DNA of 56,180 bases from a virus (lineage: Duplodnaviria; Caudoviricetes): IMG/VR virus record IMGVR_UViG_3300028595_000015, positions 1 to 56,180 of that record; one strand, 5' to 3'. The translations under genes and the position numbers were made by a program. Below are positions 9,301 through 20,600 of the stretch, one piece after another (position 1 is the stretch's first letter; each line of letters starts with the position of its first letter). Below the pieces are notes generated by a model. It was not told the origin of the DNA. It saw only the letters and a list, made by a program, of their open reading frames with translations, and made no database searches.

Positions 9301-9963
9301 ATGGCAAAAATTATTTGGGATAAAGCTGGAGAAAAACTTTTCGAAACTGGTGTTTCAAAAGGTGTTCTTTACCCTATGTCGTCTCCAGGAGTTTATGGAC
9401 AAGGTGTACCATGGAATGGTTTAACCAATGTTACAAAAAGTCCAAGTGGAGCAGAACCATCTGCAGTTTATGCGGATAATATTAAGTATTTAAATTTAAT
9501 TTCACCGGAAGAGTTAGAAGCGTCTATTGAAGCTTTTACTTATCCTGAGGAATTTGGTCAATGTGATGGGTCTGCAATTGTTGGACCAGTTGACAGTGGT
9601 GTTGAAATTGGACAACAAACGCGTAAACAATTTGCGTTATGTTGGCAAACAAAAGTTGGTAATGACTTAGATCCTGATTTAGGGTATAAGATTCATATCA
9701 TGTACGGTTGTTATGCAGGACCTAGCGAACGTTCTCATGATACAGTAAATGATAGTCCAGAAGCTATGACTTTCAGTTGGGATATTACAACTACTCCAGT
9801 CGAAGTAACTGGGTTTAAACCAACTGCATCAATCGTATTAGATTCTACTAAAGTAGATCCTACAAAACTAGCTGCAATCGAAGATATTCTATACGGTACA
9901 GAGTCAGTTGAGTCTGCTTTAATGTTACCTGATGCGATTATTACAGAATTAAACGCATCATAA
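9301..9963 (+). CDS. Major tail (tube) protein
   Basis: GVSKGVLY, WNGLT, YADNIKY, TVNDSPEA.TFSW; strong SD and a downstream terminator. Confidence 0.85.
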   Translation: MAKIIWDKAGEKLFETGVSKGVLYPMSSPGVYGQGVPWNGLTNVTKSPSGAEPSAVYADNIKYLNLISPEELEASIEAFTYPEEFGQCDGSAIVGPVDSGVEIGQQTRKQFALCWQTKVGNDLDPDLGYKIHIMYGCYAGPSERSHDTVNDSPEAMTFSWDITTTPVEVTGFKPTASIVLDSTKVDPTKLAAIEDILYGTESVESALMLPDAIITELNAS

Positions 9964-9980
9964 TTATTTATTAACTAAAA

Positions 9981-10019
9981 AAAAGGGGTTGCATAAAAAA
10001 CAGCCCCTTTTATTTTTTA
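9981..10019 (+). terminator. Rho-independent terminator after the major tail gene
   Basis: AAAAGGGGTTG / CAGCCCCTTTT stem followed by a T tract. Confidence 0.85.
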
Positions 10020-10058
10020 TTTTTTAACTATACTAAAAAAACAAAGGAGAATTTGGAA

Positions 10059-10433
10059 ATGTTAACAAAAAAAGTAAAATATACCGATTATAAAGGTAAA
10101 GAAAGAGAAGAAGAATTTTTGTTTAACCTAACTCAAGCAGAAGTTGCAGAGTTAGAATTAAGTCATGATGGTGGATTATCTGAAAAAATTAAAAGAATTG
10201 TTGAGGCTGAATCCAACAGTGAAATCATTGTAATCTTTAAAGATATACTTTTACGCTCTTATGGAAAAGTATCTGATGATGGTCGTAGATTTATTAAAAG
10301 TAAAGAATTAAGAGAAGAATTTTCACAAACAGAAGCATACTCTATCTTGTTTATGGAATTAGCAGGAGATGCAGATGCTGCCACAGCATTCATAGAAGGA
10401 ATTACACCAGCGGTTAAAGATATTAAAGCTTAA
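10059..10433 (+). CDS. Tail assembly chaperone 1
   Basis: Position between the tail tube and tape measure genes; acidic and helical; ATG 10059 or TTG 10053 after AAGGAG. Confidence 0.65.
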   Translation: MLTKKVKYTDYKGKEREEEFLFNLTQAEVAELELSHDGGLSEKIKRIVEAESNSEIIVIFKDILLRSYGKVSDDGRRFIKSKELREEFSQTEAYSILFMELAGDADAATAFIEGITPAVKDIKA

Positions 10434-10458
10434 AATAGAAAAAAAGGAGATTTAGGGA

Positions 10459-11040
10459 ATGTTAGAATTATTAATACCAAAAACTAGACTTTGGGACCAA
10501 AAAGCGAATAATGGAAATGGAGAATTCGTATACTCTCAAGAGTGTAGGATTAAATTAGAACATTCCCTAGTTTCTGTTGCTAAATGGGAATCTAAATATC
10601 ATAAACCATTTCTTGATGATAAGGATAAAACAAATGAAGAATTGCTATACTATATAAAATGTATGACGATTACTCAAAACGTTAAAGATATAGTATATTT
10701 AGCTTTAACCAAAGAACACACAAAACAAATAACAGATTATATAAGTAATAAAATGACAGCTACATGGTTTAGTGATGAAAAACAAAAACCTGGTAATAAG
10801 GTCGGAAATAAAAAAGAAACCAAAACAAGCGAGTTGATTTATTACTGGATGATATCGCATCAGATACCTTTCGAATGTCAGAAATGGCATCTTAATAGAC
10901 TTTTAACACTTATTAAAGTTTGTAATGCAAAACAAAAAGCAGCGAATTCTACAAAAGGTGGTAAACACAAAAGGGATTTGCTTCGTGAGAACTATAACAT
11001 AAACGCTGCTAGAAGAAAGGCGATGAACACAACTGGTTAA
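10459..11040 (+). CDS. Tail assembly chaperone 2 / tail-associated protein
   Basis: Own SD AAGGAG; position before the tape measure gene. Confidence 0.55.
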   Translation: MLELLIPKTRLWDQKANNGNGEFVYSQECRIKLEHSLVSVAKWESKYHKPFLDDKDKTNEELLYYIKCMTITQNVKDIVYLALTKEHTKQITDYISNKMTATWFSDEKQKPGNKVGNKKETKTSELIYYWMISHQIPFECQKWHLNRLLTLIKVCNAKQKAANSTKGGKHKRDLLRENYNINAARRKAMNTTG

Positions 11041-11410
11041 ATTTAAAATTAAAGGGTCTTGGAAAAGAACGGATCGATTTTTTAAGAAATCTGTTAGAGT
11101 TAGTAAATTTGAAAACATTACCGAGCTAGGAGAATTAATAGTAACTCGGTTAAAGACAGCCACGCCTAAGGATTCTGGAATAACAGCAGATTCTTGGGAG
11201 TATGAGGTTATAAATGAGAAAAATAGTAAAACGCTCAGAATAATGAATAGTAACACTCAAAATGGTATTAATATAGCTCTTCTTGTTGAATTTGGACACG
11301 CTAGCGTCAATGGAACTTGGGTAGAAGGGATAAGTTATATAGAGCCAGTAGTTAGAGATTCTTATAATGAGGTTTTATCTAAAACATGGAAGGAGTTGAA
11401 TAAACTATGA
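11033..11410 (+). CDS. HK97 gp10-like tail/neck protein, absent from the ORF track (probable CTG start)
   Basis: Manual translation: (M)VKFKIKGSWKRTDRFF...ATPKDSGITADSWEY...IALLVEFGHA...VEGISYIEP...WKELNKL, 125 aa; fills the gap and overlaps the TMP start (ATGA). Confidence 0.8.
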   Translation: MVKFKIKGSWKRTDRFFKKSVRVSKFENITELGELIVTRLKTATPKDSGITADSWEYEVINEKNSKTLRIMNSNTQNGINIALLVEFGHASVNGTWVEGISYIEPVVRDSYNEVLSKTWKELNKL

Positions 11411-14400
11411 GTCGTTTCGTTGATGAAAGAGTTGTTGAAATGTCGTTTGACAATAAAAAATTTGAAAAAAATGTCAAAACAAGCATGGGCACAATAGATA
11501 AATTAAAAAGTAGTTTAGACTTCTCGGGTACATCAAACGCAATAAGTAACGAATTAGGTAGTATAAATGTGAGCGGATTGACTGCCGCCATGTATAGAGC
11601 AAAACAACAATTCACGGCATTAGAAGTTGTAGCAATAACAGCACTAGCAAACATTACAAACAGAATAGTTAATCTTGGAGTAGAGATGGTAAAATCTCTT
11701 AGTACAGATAACATAGCAGCCGGATGGCAAAAACTAGGACAAATTGCTATAAGCGAAGCAACACTACTTGCTCAAGGGTTTGAACAGGATAAAGTAACAG
11801 AAACGTTAGAAAAATTAACGTGGTTTGCAGATGAAACATCATATTCATTAACAGACATGGTTGATAATATGTCAAAGTTTACAGCTTCTGGTAGAGATTT
11901 AGATGAATCTGCAAATGCAATGATGGGTATAGCAAACTGGGCAGCTTTAGCTGGACAAAACTCTACAAAAGCTAGTACAGCAATGTATCAACTATCTCAA
12001 GCATTAGGTAGAGGATATGTTGGTTGGGCTGATTATAAATCTATAGTTAATGCGAATATGGACATGAGAGAATTCAGACAACGCGCGTTAGATATGGCAG
12101 TTCTTAAAGGAGAATTAGTAGCACTTACAGACGGTTCTTATGCTTCAAAAAACGGTGACATATTTAATATTGATAACTTTACTGAATCCCTCTCTACTGG
12201 GCAATGGTTTACTTCAGACGTTTTATTAGCAACACTTAATGAATACGCAGAAGGAGCTAATAAAATATTTCAATTGATAGCAGATGACGATTCTGTAGAT
12301 ACAGCAACTGAAGCTATAAAAAAATATTCAGATGAGATTGATGCATTTCAATTAAAAGCTTTCTTGGCAGCACAAGAGGCTAGAACATTTAGGGACACAA
12401 TACTGGCAGTTCAAGATGCTGTTTCTTCTGGATACATGATGATGTTTACAAAAGTTTTCGGAGCAGTAAGTGAAGCTAAAGTATTCTGGACAGATTTGGC
12501 AAATGAATTATATAATGTATTTATGGATGGTATGTGGAAAAAAATAGACATATTAGACATATGGGCCAATCTAGATGGAAGAGACGATCTTTTTGCTAAC
12601 ACTGAAGAAAATACAGGCGCTTTCTGGAACTTGTTTAATGCTATAGTTGCAATTAAAGATTTGATAAGTGGTGCATGGCAAGACGTGTTTGGATTTTCTG
12701 AAGCGGAAGAATACGGAAAACAAATTAATGAAATAGCTGTAAAATTAAAAGATTTAACCACTAGATTTAAAGAATTTACTTCAAAATTGTTCTTAAATAA
12801 AGAAGCCACTAAGGATTTGAAAAATATTTTTAGAGGGTTATTTAGTATATTAAAAATAGTTGGAAAAACTTTTAAAGCAGTTTATAAAGGGTTGAAACCT
12901 GTATATGAGGTACTTTCTCAAATTACAGGAAATCTTAATTTACTCGGATTCTTTGGCGATATAGGTAATGCAATAGCTAATTTTGCAGACTCAGATGACA
13001 TGTTTGAAAGTATAACAGAATCTATTTCTGGATTCTTAAAAACTATTATAAATTTTATAGAGAAATCAGAAATTATAGAAACAGTCATGACTGGGGCTAC
13101 AATAGCTGTTAGTTGGCTTGGTGATAAACTTAACACTGTGGTGATACCGACAGTAAAGAAAACAGGACTTTTGTTAGGCTGGCTTGGAAAAGAAATCACT
13201 ATATTATTGGATAAAACAGGAGCATTAATTGCCAAATTTATTAATTGGTTTAAAACGAATGAGAGAATTCAAAATGGTTTTGCAAAGTTTAAATCATTAA
13301 TGGTTACTATAGGGGAGTCGTTTAGTTACGCTCGTGATAAAATAGTAGAATTCTTTAAATCGTTTAATAAAGGGGATTCTGATGGATTTTTAGAATTTTC
13401 TGAAGATGCAGAGAAAAGATTAAAGCCGTTTGCTAAATTTGTAGAAGGTTTTGTTACATTATTAGAAGGTTTATGGACTGTAATAAAAAGTGTGTCTAAT
13501 ACAGTAGGACAATTCTTTAAATTTATAGGAGAAAGCCTTACTAAAATAGGTAATAAATTAAAAGAAATTTTTACAAAAGAAAACGGTGATGTAGATTTTG
13601 CAAAATTATTTACTGTAGGTTTTTGGGGGGCTATCGCAGTTGGTGTATATCGATTTGCTGAAGTTCTTCAGTCAATAACTAGTGTTATTAGAGATGCATT
13701 TGAAGGGATGTTTGATTACTTCAATTCTAAAGCAATGCAACAATATATGGAAGCCATAAAAACAATGTCTATAAGTATAATGTTGATGGTTGCTTCTCTT
13801 ATAATACTTGGTTCAATAGATGAGGGCGTTTTAAAAAGGGGTCTTGCCTCTTTAACTGCATTAATCGCATATATAGTAGGAACTATGATACTAATGAAAA
13901 ATTTAGTGAAAGGTTCAAGTACAAAAAGTATAATAAAAGATGGTCGTAAATCAATAAAAGATACAATAGATATGACTTCTAATCTTGTAGGATTGGGTGT
14001 TGCATTTATGGGGCTTGGGGTTGCCGTAATGTTATTGGCAACTTCGATGAAATTGATTAATACCATGGATCCTAAGGAATTGGCTTACGGGTTATTAATA
14101 GTCGGTTCTTTAATGGGGATGTTAACGGTTGTTATGAGATTGGTTTCGTCTAAAGACAAACAGGTCAACAAAGCTGTTAAATCTATGGTTAAAATGGCTT
14201 TATCGATAGCTTTATTAGTTAGACCATTGAAAAGAATAGGAGGCATTGATACAAAAGTTGCAATTAAAGGACTAATTGGGATAGCCTCATTAATGATAAT
14301 AGTTACTGGATATTCTAGATATAGTAAAGTAATGAATAAATCGCAAAAAGCAGTTTATGGTTTGATTGGTATTGCGGTTGCATTAAACTTAATGATTTTA

Positions 14401-16872
14401 CCTTTAACATTAATAGGCATGATGGATATTTTAAAAATAGGTAAGACTCTTTTGTCGTTGGGTGTTTTGTTTGGTCTGGTAACAGCAGCAAGCAAGTCTC
14501 TTAAATTAAAAGATGCCAATAGATTAAAAGTTTTGGCAAAAGAATTAATAAAATTGTCTATTGCTTTATCTTTCTTTGGGACATCAATGTTAATTGTCGG
14601 TCTTAATAGCTGGAACACAATTGCTAAATCAATTGTTTCAATATCAGGTATATTTATTGCAATGGCATATTTAGGTAAGTCATTAACAAAACCAAGAGTC
14701 GCTAATCTTTCTAAATTGATATGGATGTTAATTCCGTTATCTATTGGTTTATTAGCTTTTGGTGCATCTTTGGTTGGAATCTCTTTAATTCCTTGGAAAA
14801 ACATAGGAAAGTCTATGTTGTTGGTAATTGGGATTCTATCAATGTTAACAATATTAACAAAAGTATTAAAATCAGTAGGGTCTGGACCTAAATCATTATT
14901 GATATTAGGTGTTGCGCTTGGTGTTCTTTCTGGCGGACTACTTCTATTTAGTGTAGCTTTAATTGCTTTGGGGAATATACCATTTAAGGTGATCGCAACA
15001 GGACTTTTAGGTATAATGGCATTATTTGGCATTTTAGTTGGCGTTGGATATTTAATAACTCCTATCATACCGTCTTTATTGGCGTTAGCCACAACCATGT
15101 TAATAATGGCCGGTGCAGTAGCTATTTTTGGAGTTGGTGCTGTTCTTTTGGCGAAAGCGTTTGCAATATTTACAGCAGCAGTCGTTGCCGGAGGTGTCGC
15201 ATTTGGTGTAACATTAGGTTTAATGGCTTCTGCAGTATTAGCGGCAATGCCGACCATAATAGCAGCAATAGGCGAATTCGTTAAAGGCCTTATACAGAAA
15301 TGGATTGAAGTTATTCCATTAGTTATAACCAGTTTCAAAGTGTTTATAGTAGAATTTGTTAAAGCACTTGGCGAATTGATACCTGAAATAGGAGCAGTAA
15401 TTGTAACATTAGGGAAAGAATTATTAAACATAATCGATGAGTTAGCACCAACAATAACTAATACAATGTTGAATCTTATGACGTCTATACTAGATGGTCT
15501 AATTAAACACGCGCCAGATTTGGCTACTAAATTGTTAGATTTATACATTGGTATTTTTAATTCATTACAAACAAAGATACCAGAAATAATGGAATCTATG
15601 AGATTGTTTATAACAGAAATAATCATTGCGGCAGTCGATGAGATAACGGCGTTCTATCCAATGTTAGTAGATGAAGGTTTTAGATTAATCATAGGTTTAT
15701 TAGACGGTTTGGGGTTAGCGATAGAAGAGAATTCAAGTAAAATAAATGAAGCAATGAAACGCTTCGGTAATCACATTTTGCAAGCTTTCAAAAACTTCTT
15801 CGGAATAAATTCGCCTTCAACCGTAATGGCTAGTCTTGGAGGTTTCTTAGTACAGGGGCTTATTAAAGGTTTGTGGGATAATTTAGTATATTTACTACAA
15901 TCTATAGGTACTTGGGTAAGAAATATATGGAACACTCTAGTTACAAAATTCCTAGAAGCAATTGACATGGGTAAAACATTGGTCCTTAATATTAAAGATG
16001 GAGCCGCTAGTGCATGGGGTACTATAAAAGAATGGTTTTCGGAAAAAGCTACTTCTATAGTTGACGTATTTAGTAACATTAAAGGCTTTATAAAAAATGC
16101 TGGCCGTGATGTCTTAGGTAATTTTAAAGAAGGATTCAAGAATGCTTGGAATGGAGCTTTGGGTATAGCTAGATGGATTGGCGAGAAAGTTGATTGGATA
16201 AAAGATACGTTTAGGAATTTGCCAGAATCATTTAGAAATATAGGTGGCAACATAATGGACGGTTTAAAAGAAGGCCTTAGAGACACTTGGCATAAGGTAA
16301 AAGAAGTATTAAACACTCTAGTTGGATATTTACCATTATGGGCTCAAGATTTACTTGGTATAGCATCGCCATCAAAGGTATTTAAAGAGATAGGTGGTTA
16401 TGTATCAGAAGGTATGGCCGTCGGTATTGATAGTAACACAAAAATGGTTAAAAAAAGCGCTTTGGATATGGCGGATGGAGCTATAGATAGCGTTGAAAAA
16501 TCTGGTATGAATAATGCACTATCTTCCATTCTAGATATGCTTTCTGGAGAATTTGATAATGAGATAGTTATAAAACCAGTGTTAGATCTTTCAGAAATTC
16601 AAAATGGAAAAAATTTAATGAGTAGTATGTTATCGGGTAATTATGGAATAGATGTGTCAAATTCAATGGCAAATGTTGTAAGAGATAATATTAATAAGCC
16701 CGCTGACAAAAATAACAAAACAAACACCACTTCCTCTGGAGAAAATAATGGTGCAGAAATAATTAACAACACATTTAACATAACAGGAGCAAATCCTAAA
16801 GAAATCGCAGAGGAGGTTTCTAAAGTATTACAAAATCAAGTAGATAGGAGAAAACTTAGATGGGGAGTATAA
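11407..16872 (+). CDS. Tape measure protein
   Basis: 1821 aa; tape-measure domain (L.WFADETSYS...YQLSQA), long hydrophobic central region, FGINSPS/LGIASPSK motifs. Confidence 0.93.
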   Translation: MSRFVDERVVEMSFDNKKFEKNVKTSMGTIDKLKSSLDFSGTSNAISNELGSINVSGLTAAMYRAKQQFTALEVVAITALANITNRIVNLGVEMVKSLSTDNIAAGWQKLGQIAISEATLLAQGFEQDKVTETLEKLTWFADETSYSLTDMVDNMSKFTASGRDLDESANAMMGIANWAALAGQNSTKASTAMYQLSQALGRGYVGWADYKSIVNANMDMREFRQRALDMAVLKGELVALTDGSYASKNGDIFNIDNFTESLSTGQWFTSDVLLATLNEYAEGANKIFQLIADDDSVDTATEAIKKYSDEIDAFQLKAFLAAQEARTFRDTILAVQDAVSSGYMMMFTKVFGAVSEAKVFWTDLANELYNVFMDGMWKKIDILDIWANLDGRDDLFANTEENTGAFWNLFNAIVAIKDLISGAWQDVFGFSEAEEYGKQINEIAVKLKDLTTRFKEFTSKLFLNKEATKDLKNIFRGLFSILKIVGKTFKAVYKGLKPVYEVLSQITGNLNLLGFFGDIGNAIANFADSDDMFESITESISGFLKTIINFIEKSEIIETVMTGATIAVSWLGDKLNTVVIPTVKKTGLLLGWLGKEITILLDKTGALIAKFINWFKTNERIQNGFAKFKSLMVTIGESFSYARDKIVEFFKSFNKGDSDGFLEFSEDAEKRLKPFAKFVEGFVTLLEGLWTVIKSVSNTVGQFFKFIGESLTKIGNKLKEIFTKENGDVDFAKLFTVGFWGAIAVGVYRFAEVLQSITSVIRDAFEGMFDYFNSKAMQQYMEAIKTMSISIMLMVASLIILGSIDEGVLKRGLASLTALIAYIVGTMILMKNLVKGSSTKSIIKDGRKSIKDTIDMTSNLVGLGVAFMGLGVAVMLLATSMKLINTMDPKELAYGLLIVGSLMGMLTVVMRLVSSKDKQVNKAVKSMVKMALSIALLVRPLKRIGGIDTKVAIKGLIGIASLMIIVTGYSRYSKVMNKSQKAVYGLIGIAVALNLMILPLTLIGMMDILKIGKTLLSLGVLFGLVTAASKSLKLKDANRLKVLAKELIKLSIALSFFGTSMLIVGLNSWNTIAKSIVSISGIFIAMAYLGKSLTKPRVANLSKLIWMLIPLSIGLLAFGASLVGISLIPWKNIGKSMLLVIGILSMLTILTKVLKSVGSGPKSLLILGVALGVLSGGLLLFSVALIALGNIPFKVIATGLLGIMALFGILVGVGYLITPIIPSLLALATTMLIMAGAVAIFGVGAVLLAKAFAIFTAAVVAGGVAFGVTLGLMASAVLAAMPTIIAAIGEFVKGLIQKWIEVIPLVITSFKVFIVEFVKALGELIPEIGAVIVTLGKELLNIIDELAPTITNTMLNLMTSILDGLIKHAPDLATKLLDLYIGIFNSLQTKIPEIMESMRLFITEIIIAAVDEITAFYPMLVDEGFRLIIGLLDGLGLAIEENSSKINEAMKRFGNHILQAFKNFFGINSPSTVMASLGGFLVQGLIKGLWDNLVYLLQSIGTWVRNIWNTLVTKFLEAIDMGKTLVLNIKDGAASAWGTIKEWFSEKATSIVDVFSNIKGFIKNAGRDVLGNFKEGFKNAWNGALGIARWIGEKVDWIKDTFRNLPESFRNIGGNIMDGLKEGLRDTWHKVKEVLNTLVGYLPLWAQDLLGIASPSKVFKEIGGYVSEGMAVGIDSNTKMVKKSALDMADGAIDSVEKSGMNNALSSILDMLSGEFDNEIVIKPVLDLSEIQNGKNLMSSMLSGNYGIDVSNSMANVVRDNINKPADKNNKTNTTSSGENNGAEIINNTFNITGANPKEIAEEVSKVLQNQVDRRKLRWGV

Positions 16873-17609
16873 CATTTAATAACATATCTACAAACAGCAT
16901 GGGGGTCGTAGTTCAGGCCCCTCCTGTTTATGAATTTCCAGCTAGGAACATGTCCTCTGCAAGCATTAATGGTCGCAATGGAGATATACTGATAGATAAA
17001 AACTCTTATAAAAACGTAGTTAGAGAGTATAGTTTAGCAGCCGCGTTGGATACGACAGAAGGTGCGTTTGTGGATAAAGTTCGTGAAATAGTTGACTGGT
17101 TATCAACGGTTAATGGTTACGCCAGATTGACTGATACATACGAGCCAGAGTATTTTAGATTGGCTGCTTTTAGATCAGGAGGCGCAATGCCAAACTTTTA
17201 CGACCAAGCAACCGCTATAAAAATAAAGTTTGAGTGTAAACCTCAAAGATTTTTAATATCGGGGGAGGATCCGATAGTAGACAATAACTATCAAGAGGGT
17301 AGATGGATAAATGTCCCAAATCCTACAAAATATATAGCTTTACCAGAAATAACAATCAACGGTGAAGATGTTAATTTAAAATTCTCAGAATCTAATAATG
17401 GTGATATTATTTCTGAGATTAGTATAGACGGAACACTAGTAAACGCCATAATTGATTCTGAATTACAAGATTGTTATGACGAAACACAGTATTTAAATAA
17501 TAACACAGAAACAATAAATGGATTTCCAAAACTATATCCCGGAGACAATTGGATATTCATAAATGAAGGGATAAGCTTATCAATTAAACCAAGATGGTGG
17601 GTGTTATAA
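16860..17609 (+). CDS. Distal tail protein (Dit)
   Basis: Follows TMP; ITFNN.ST, I.GRNGD, F.CKPQRF, FPKL.PG.N, I.PRWW pattern. Confidence 0.8.
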   Translation: MGSITFNNISTNSMGVVVQAPPVYEFPARNMSSASINGRNGDILIDKNSYKNVVREYSLAAALDTTEGAFVDKVREIVDWLSTVNGYARLTDTYEPEYFRLAAFRSGGAMPNFYDQATAIKIKFECKPQRFLISGEDPIVDNNYQEGRWINVPNPTKYIALPEITINGEDVNLKFSESNNGDIISEISIDGTLVNAIIDSELQDCYDETQYLNNNTETINGFPKLYPGDNWIFINEGISLSIKPRWWVL

Positions 17610-20600
17610 ATGATTAGAATATATGATAAGGATGAAACGTCATTCGATAAACTTGGGCTTGGTAGCTTAGATGATACTTTAGCTGCTGTTGTAGTAGAAG
17701 AGTTAAATGGGGAATATGAGCTTGAGATGGAGTACCCATTATCGGGTAGACATTTCGATAAAATAAAGATTCAGAATATTATATTTTGTAAATCAAATGT
17801 TAATTCGGATCCGCAACCTTTTCGTATATACTCTATTACAAAACCTATTGACGGCGTAGTAACAATTAATGCAGAACATATTTCTTATGATATGAATGGT
17901 ATATTAATATTACCAAAAAGAGTGGAGAATTATGTAAGTGTTTATATCATAAGTGATTTAGAAGAGGATAGATACAAAGAGCAATGGCTATCATTGACTG
18001 TTGATGGTAATGCGCTAGATCCAGATTCAGACGCGATTTATATTGTAAAATCTGAAGGAGATTATTATAATAATCTATACGTTTGGGATTATTTACGTAG
18101 TATTTATGAAGAGGTTAATAGTCATGCTTTTCCAATAGCGTCTTATGGAACAAAAGTAACTATTGGTGATGAAGAGGGTTATCAACTAGGAAGTATCATA
18201 GCAGGAATCAATGCAGCAACAGCCCTTCCTTTAAAAAATCCTTTTACAGTTTATAAAGGAAATGATAAGGAAAATGAATTAAAAGAAGAAGGTTTTAAAA
18301 TAAGTAAACCGATGTCTCTAAGACAAGTATTAGGAGGTTCGACAGAGTCTTTGCTTGAAACATTTAAAGGAGAATTGTCTTTTGATGGTTTTAGAGTTTA
18401 CTTAAACAACAAAAGAGGCGTTGATCGCGGGATAACAATTCGTTATGGTAAAAACATGACGGATTTAGAACATGAAGAAGAAGGAACAAGTCTATATACA
18501 GGAATATTTCCTTTTTATTCTAAAGCTTACTCGGAGTCTTTTACAAGTACTAGTCCAGTATTTCAAGAAGCTTATATAGTAGACGGAGCAATAGCATTTA
18601 CCGCTGGATGGTTATCTACAGAGATAGCAGATGCTGATGCATTGACAGGAGGTATTCCTCTAAAACCAATAGTAGAAGCTTCTAGAGTTTTAATTGGCGC
18701 TGTTAATGAAGTGGTAGAAAGATATGCACCAATGATCATTAAAACAGAGGGCGATAATGAAGATAAGATTGTTGTCTTTAAAAAGAATAAAAAAGCAACT
18801 GAAGATGAACCAGCAACATTATTTGATGTTTGGGTAGATTTTGATGTAGTAAATGATTTAGAGGTTGTTTCAAACATTTATAGTAGTATAGATAAAACTC
18901 CAGAAACACTTATGACTCCTGAATTTGGGATGATATACAGAGTTATGGATGAAGAAGCAACAGAATTATTTAGTAAAAATATTATTTACGTTGATTCAGA
19001 AATAGGATTTATCGTGTATGATAGTGATGGGTTTTATCATTTTGCAGAAGATGCAACCAAAGTTAGTGATTCCACACCATTACCTTTAATAATTCCATTG
19101 TATAAAATAAGTTGGAATGAAGTTAATGAAGAATGGGAAAAAGATTTAGATAACGGAAAATACTATGCTAGACCTATCAAACCATCCGTTTCAACAGAGA
19201 GTGTAGAAAAGTATGTTTATGTCGATCTTCAAAGACATCAGGTAGAAGACGGTTCTGATACAATACTTCAAAATGGAATAATATATGTTAATGAAACTTT
19301 AAAAAATAGAGACGTTCAAAACATTTTATCACTTGATTTAACATCTGATATAGATGCAATAGGTGGTTTAAATCCAGAGGATGTCACTAGAGATCACGTG
19401 TTTAATAAAGCAGAGAAATATTTAGAGGATAATGATTTAACAAAAACAAAAGAAACAATAACCATAGCTTTTGCAATGTTATCTGATAGTGCTGAGTATG
19501 AGCATCTTAAAGGGTTAGAAATCGTTGAAATTGGAGATGAAATCGGCGTTGTTTATGAAAATTTAGGAGTTAACGCAAAACACAGGATTATAGCAACAGA
19601 ATATGACGTTTTGACAGACTCTTATATTTCTATAGAATTAGGAGAAAAACAAAAAAGCATAAGTAATAACGTTGTTACTTCTGGTGATAATGTATCTACT
19701 CTTAAAAATGATTCTGAATACACAGACAAAGAATACATAACAAAACTTATTGCGGAGAATGCGGAGATAATAAATGCTGAGATACAAAACGCTTTTATAG
19801 AGACATTGAAAGTTGCCAAGGTAGATGTTACAGGTTTAATTGAAGCAACTAGTGCTTCTATAGATTCGCTAATAGCAAAATTATTGGTTGCAGAAGATGC
19901 AGAAATTAAAAATGCATTAACCGCAGGTGCTTTAAAAGTACGTGGAGATATAGATGTCGATAGTGGTCATATTAAGATAAAAAGAAGAACCGACATAACA
20001 ATTACAAACGTCTACACTAGAGATGGAGAAGAAGCTTACTCATCAACATGGCTAAGCGATTCTTTTGGTGGAACATCATTAATACCTAATGAAAATACTT
20101 CATACCTAATAAAATCAACAGGTAATTATAAAAATATTCTTGTTGGTTGGGATTCAACTAACAGTAGTTACTATAGACTAAGTCAGTATATATTTGAAGT
20201 CGATAGAGAAGGTAATTTAACTGCGCAATCTGTTAATATAGAAGGCGGTATAATAACAATAGGGAATGATATTTTTACAGTTGATCGTAATGGTCTTGTT
20301 AAATCTGAGAATATTTATATAAAAGACGGATATGCTGATAAAATGGACGTTGGAGAAATGAACGTTAATGAAATCACTGTTGATGAGATATTTTTTACAG
20401 ATAGTGACGTTTCGTTAAAAAGAATTTCAGAAGGTAATTTCGAATCGCACGAAGTCAACATCATGGCAAATGGTGTAATAGTTAACAATGTTTTGACGAT
20501 TACAATAACCCCAACGTATAGTTTATATTCCAATAAAGTTATAAAAGTTAGTTATACTTATAAAGATGCATTAGGTAATTTATATCCTGGAATGATTAAT

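Noticed and set aside
10400-10460. Programmed frameshift joining the two tail chaperone genes
   Set aside because: An in-frame TAG at 10453-10455 precedes the second ORF, which has its own SD; no slippery heptamer is evident before the first stop
14355-15626. 423-aa minus-strand ORF, and the other minus-strand ORFs in the track
   Set aside because: Antisense shadows of + strand genes (hydrophobic TMP codons give few stops on the reverse strand); no SDs or motifs noticed, and they overlap well-supported genes
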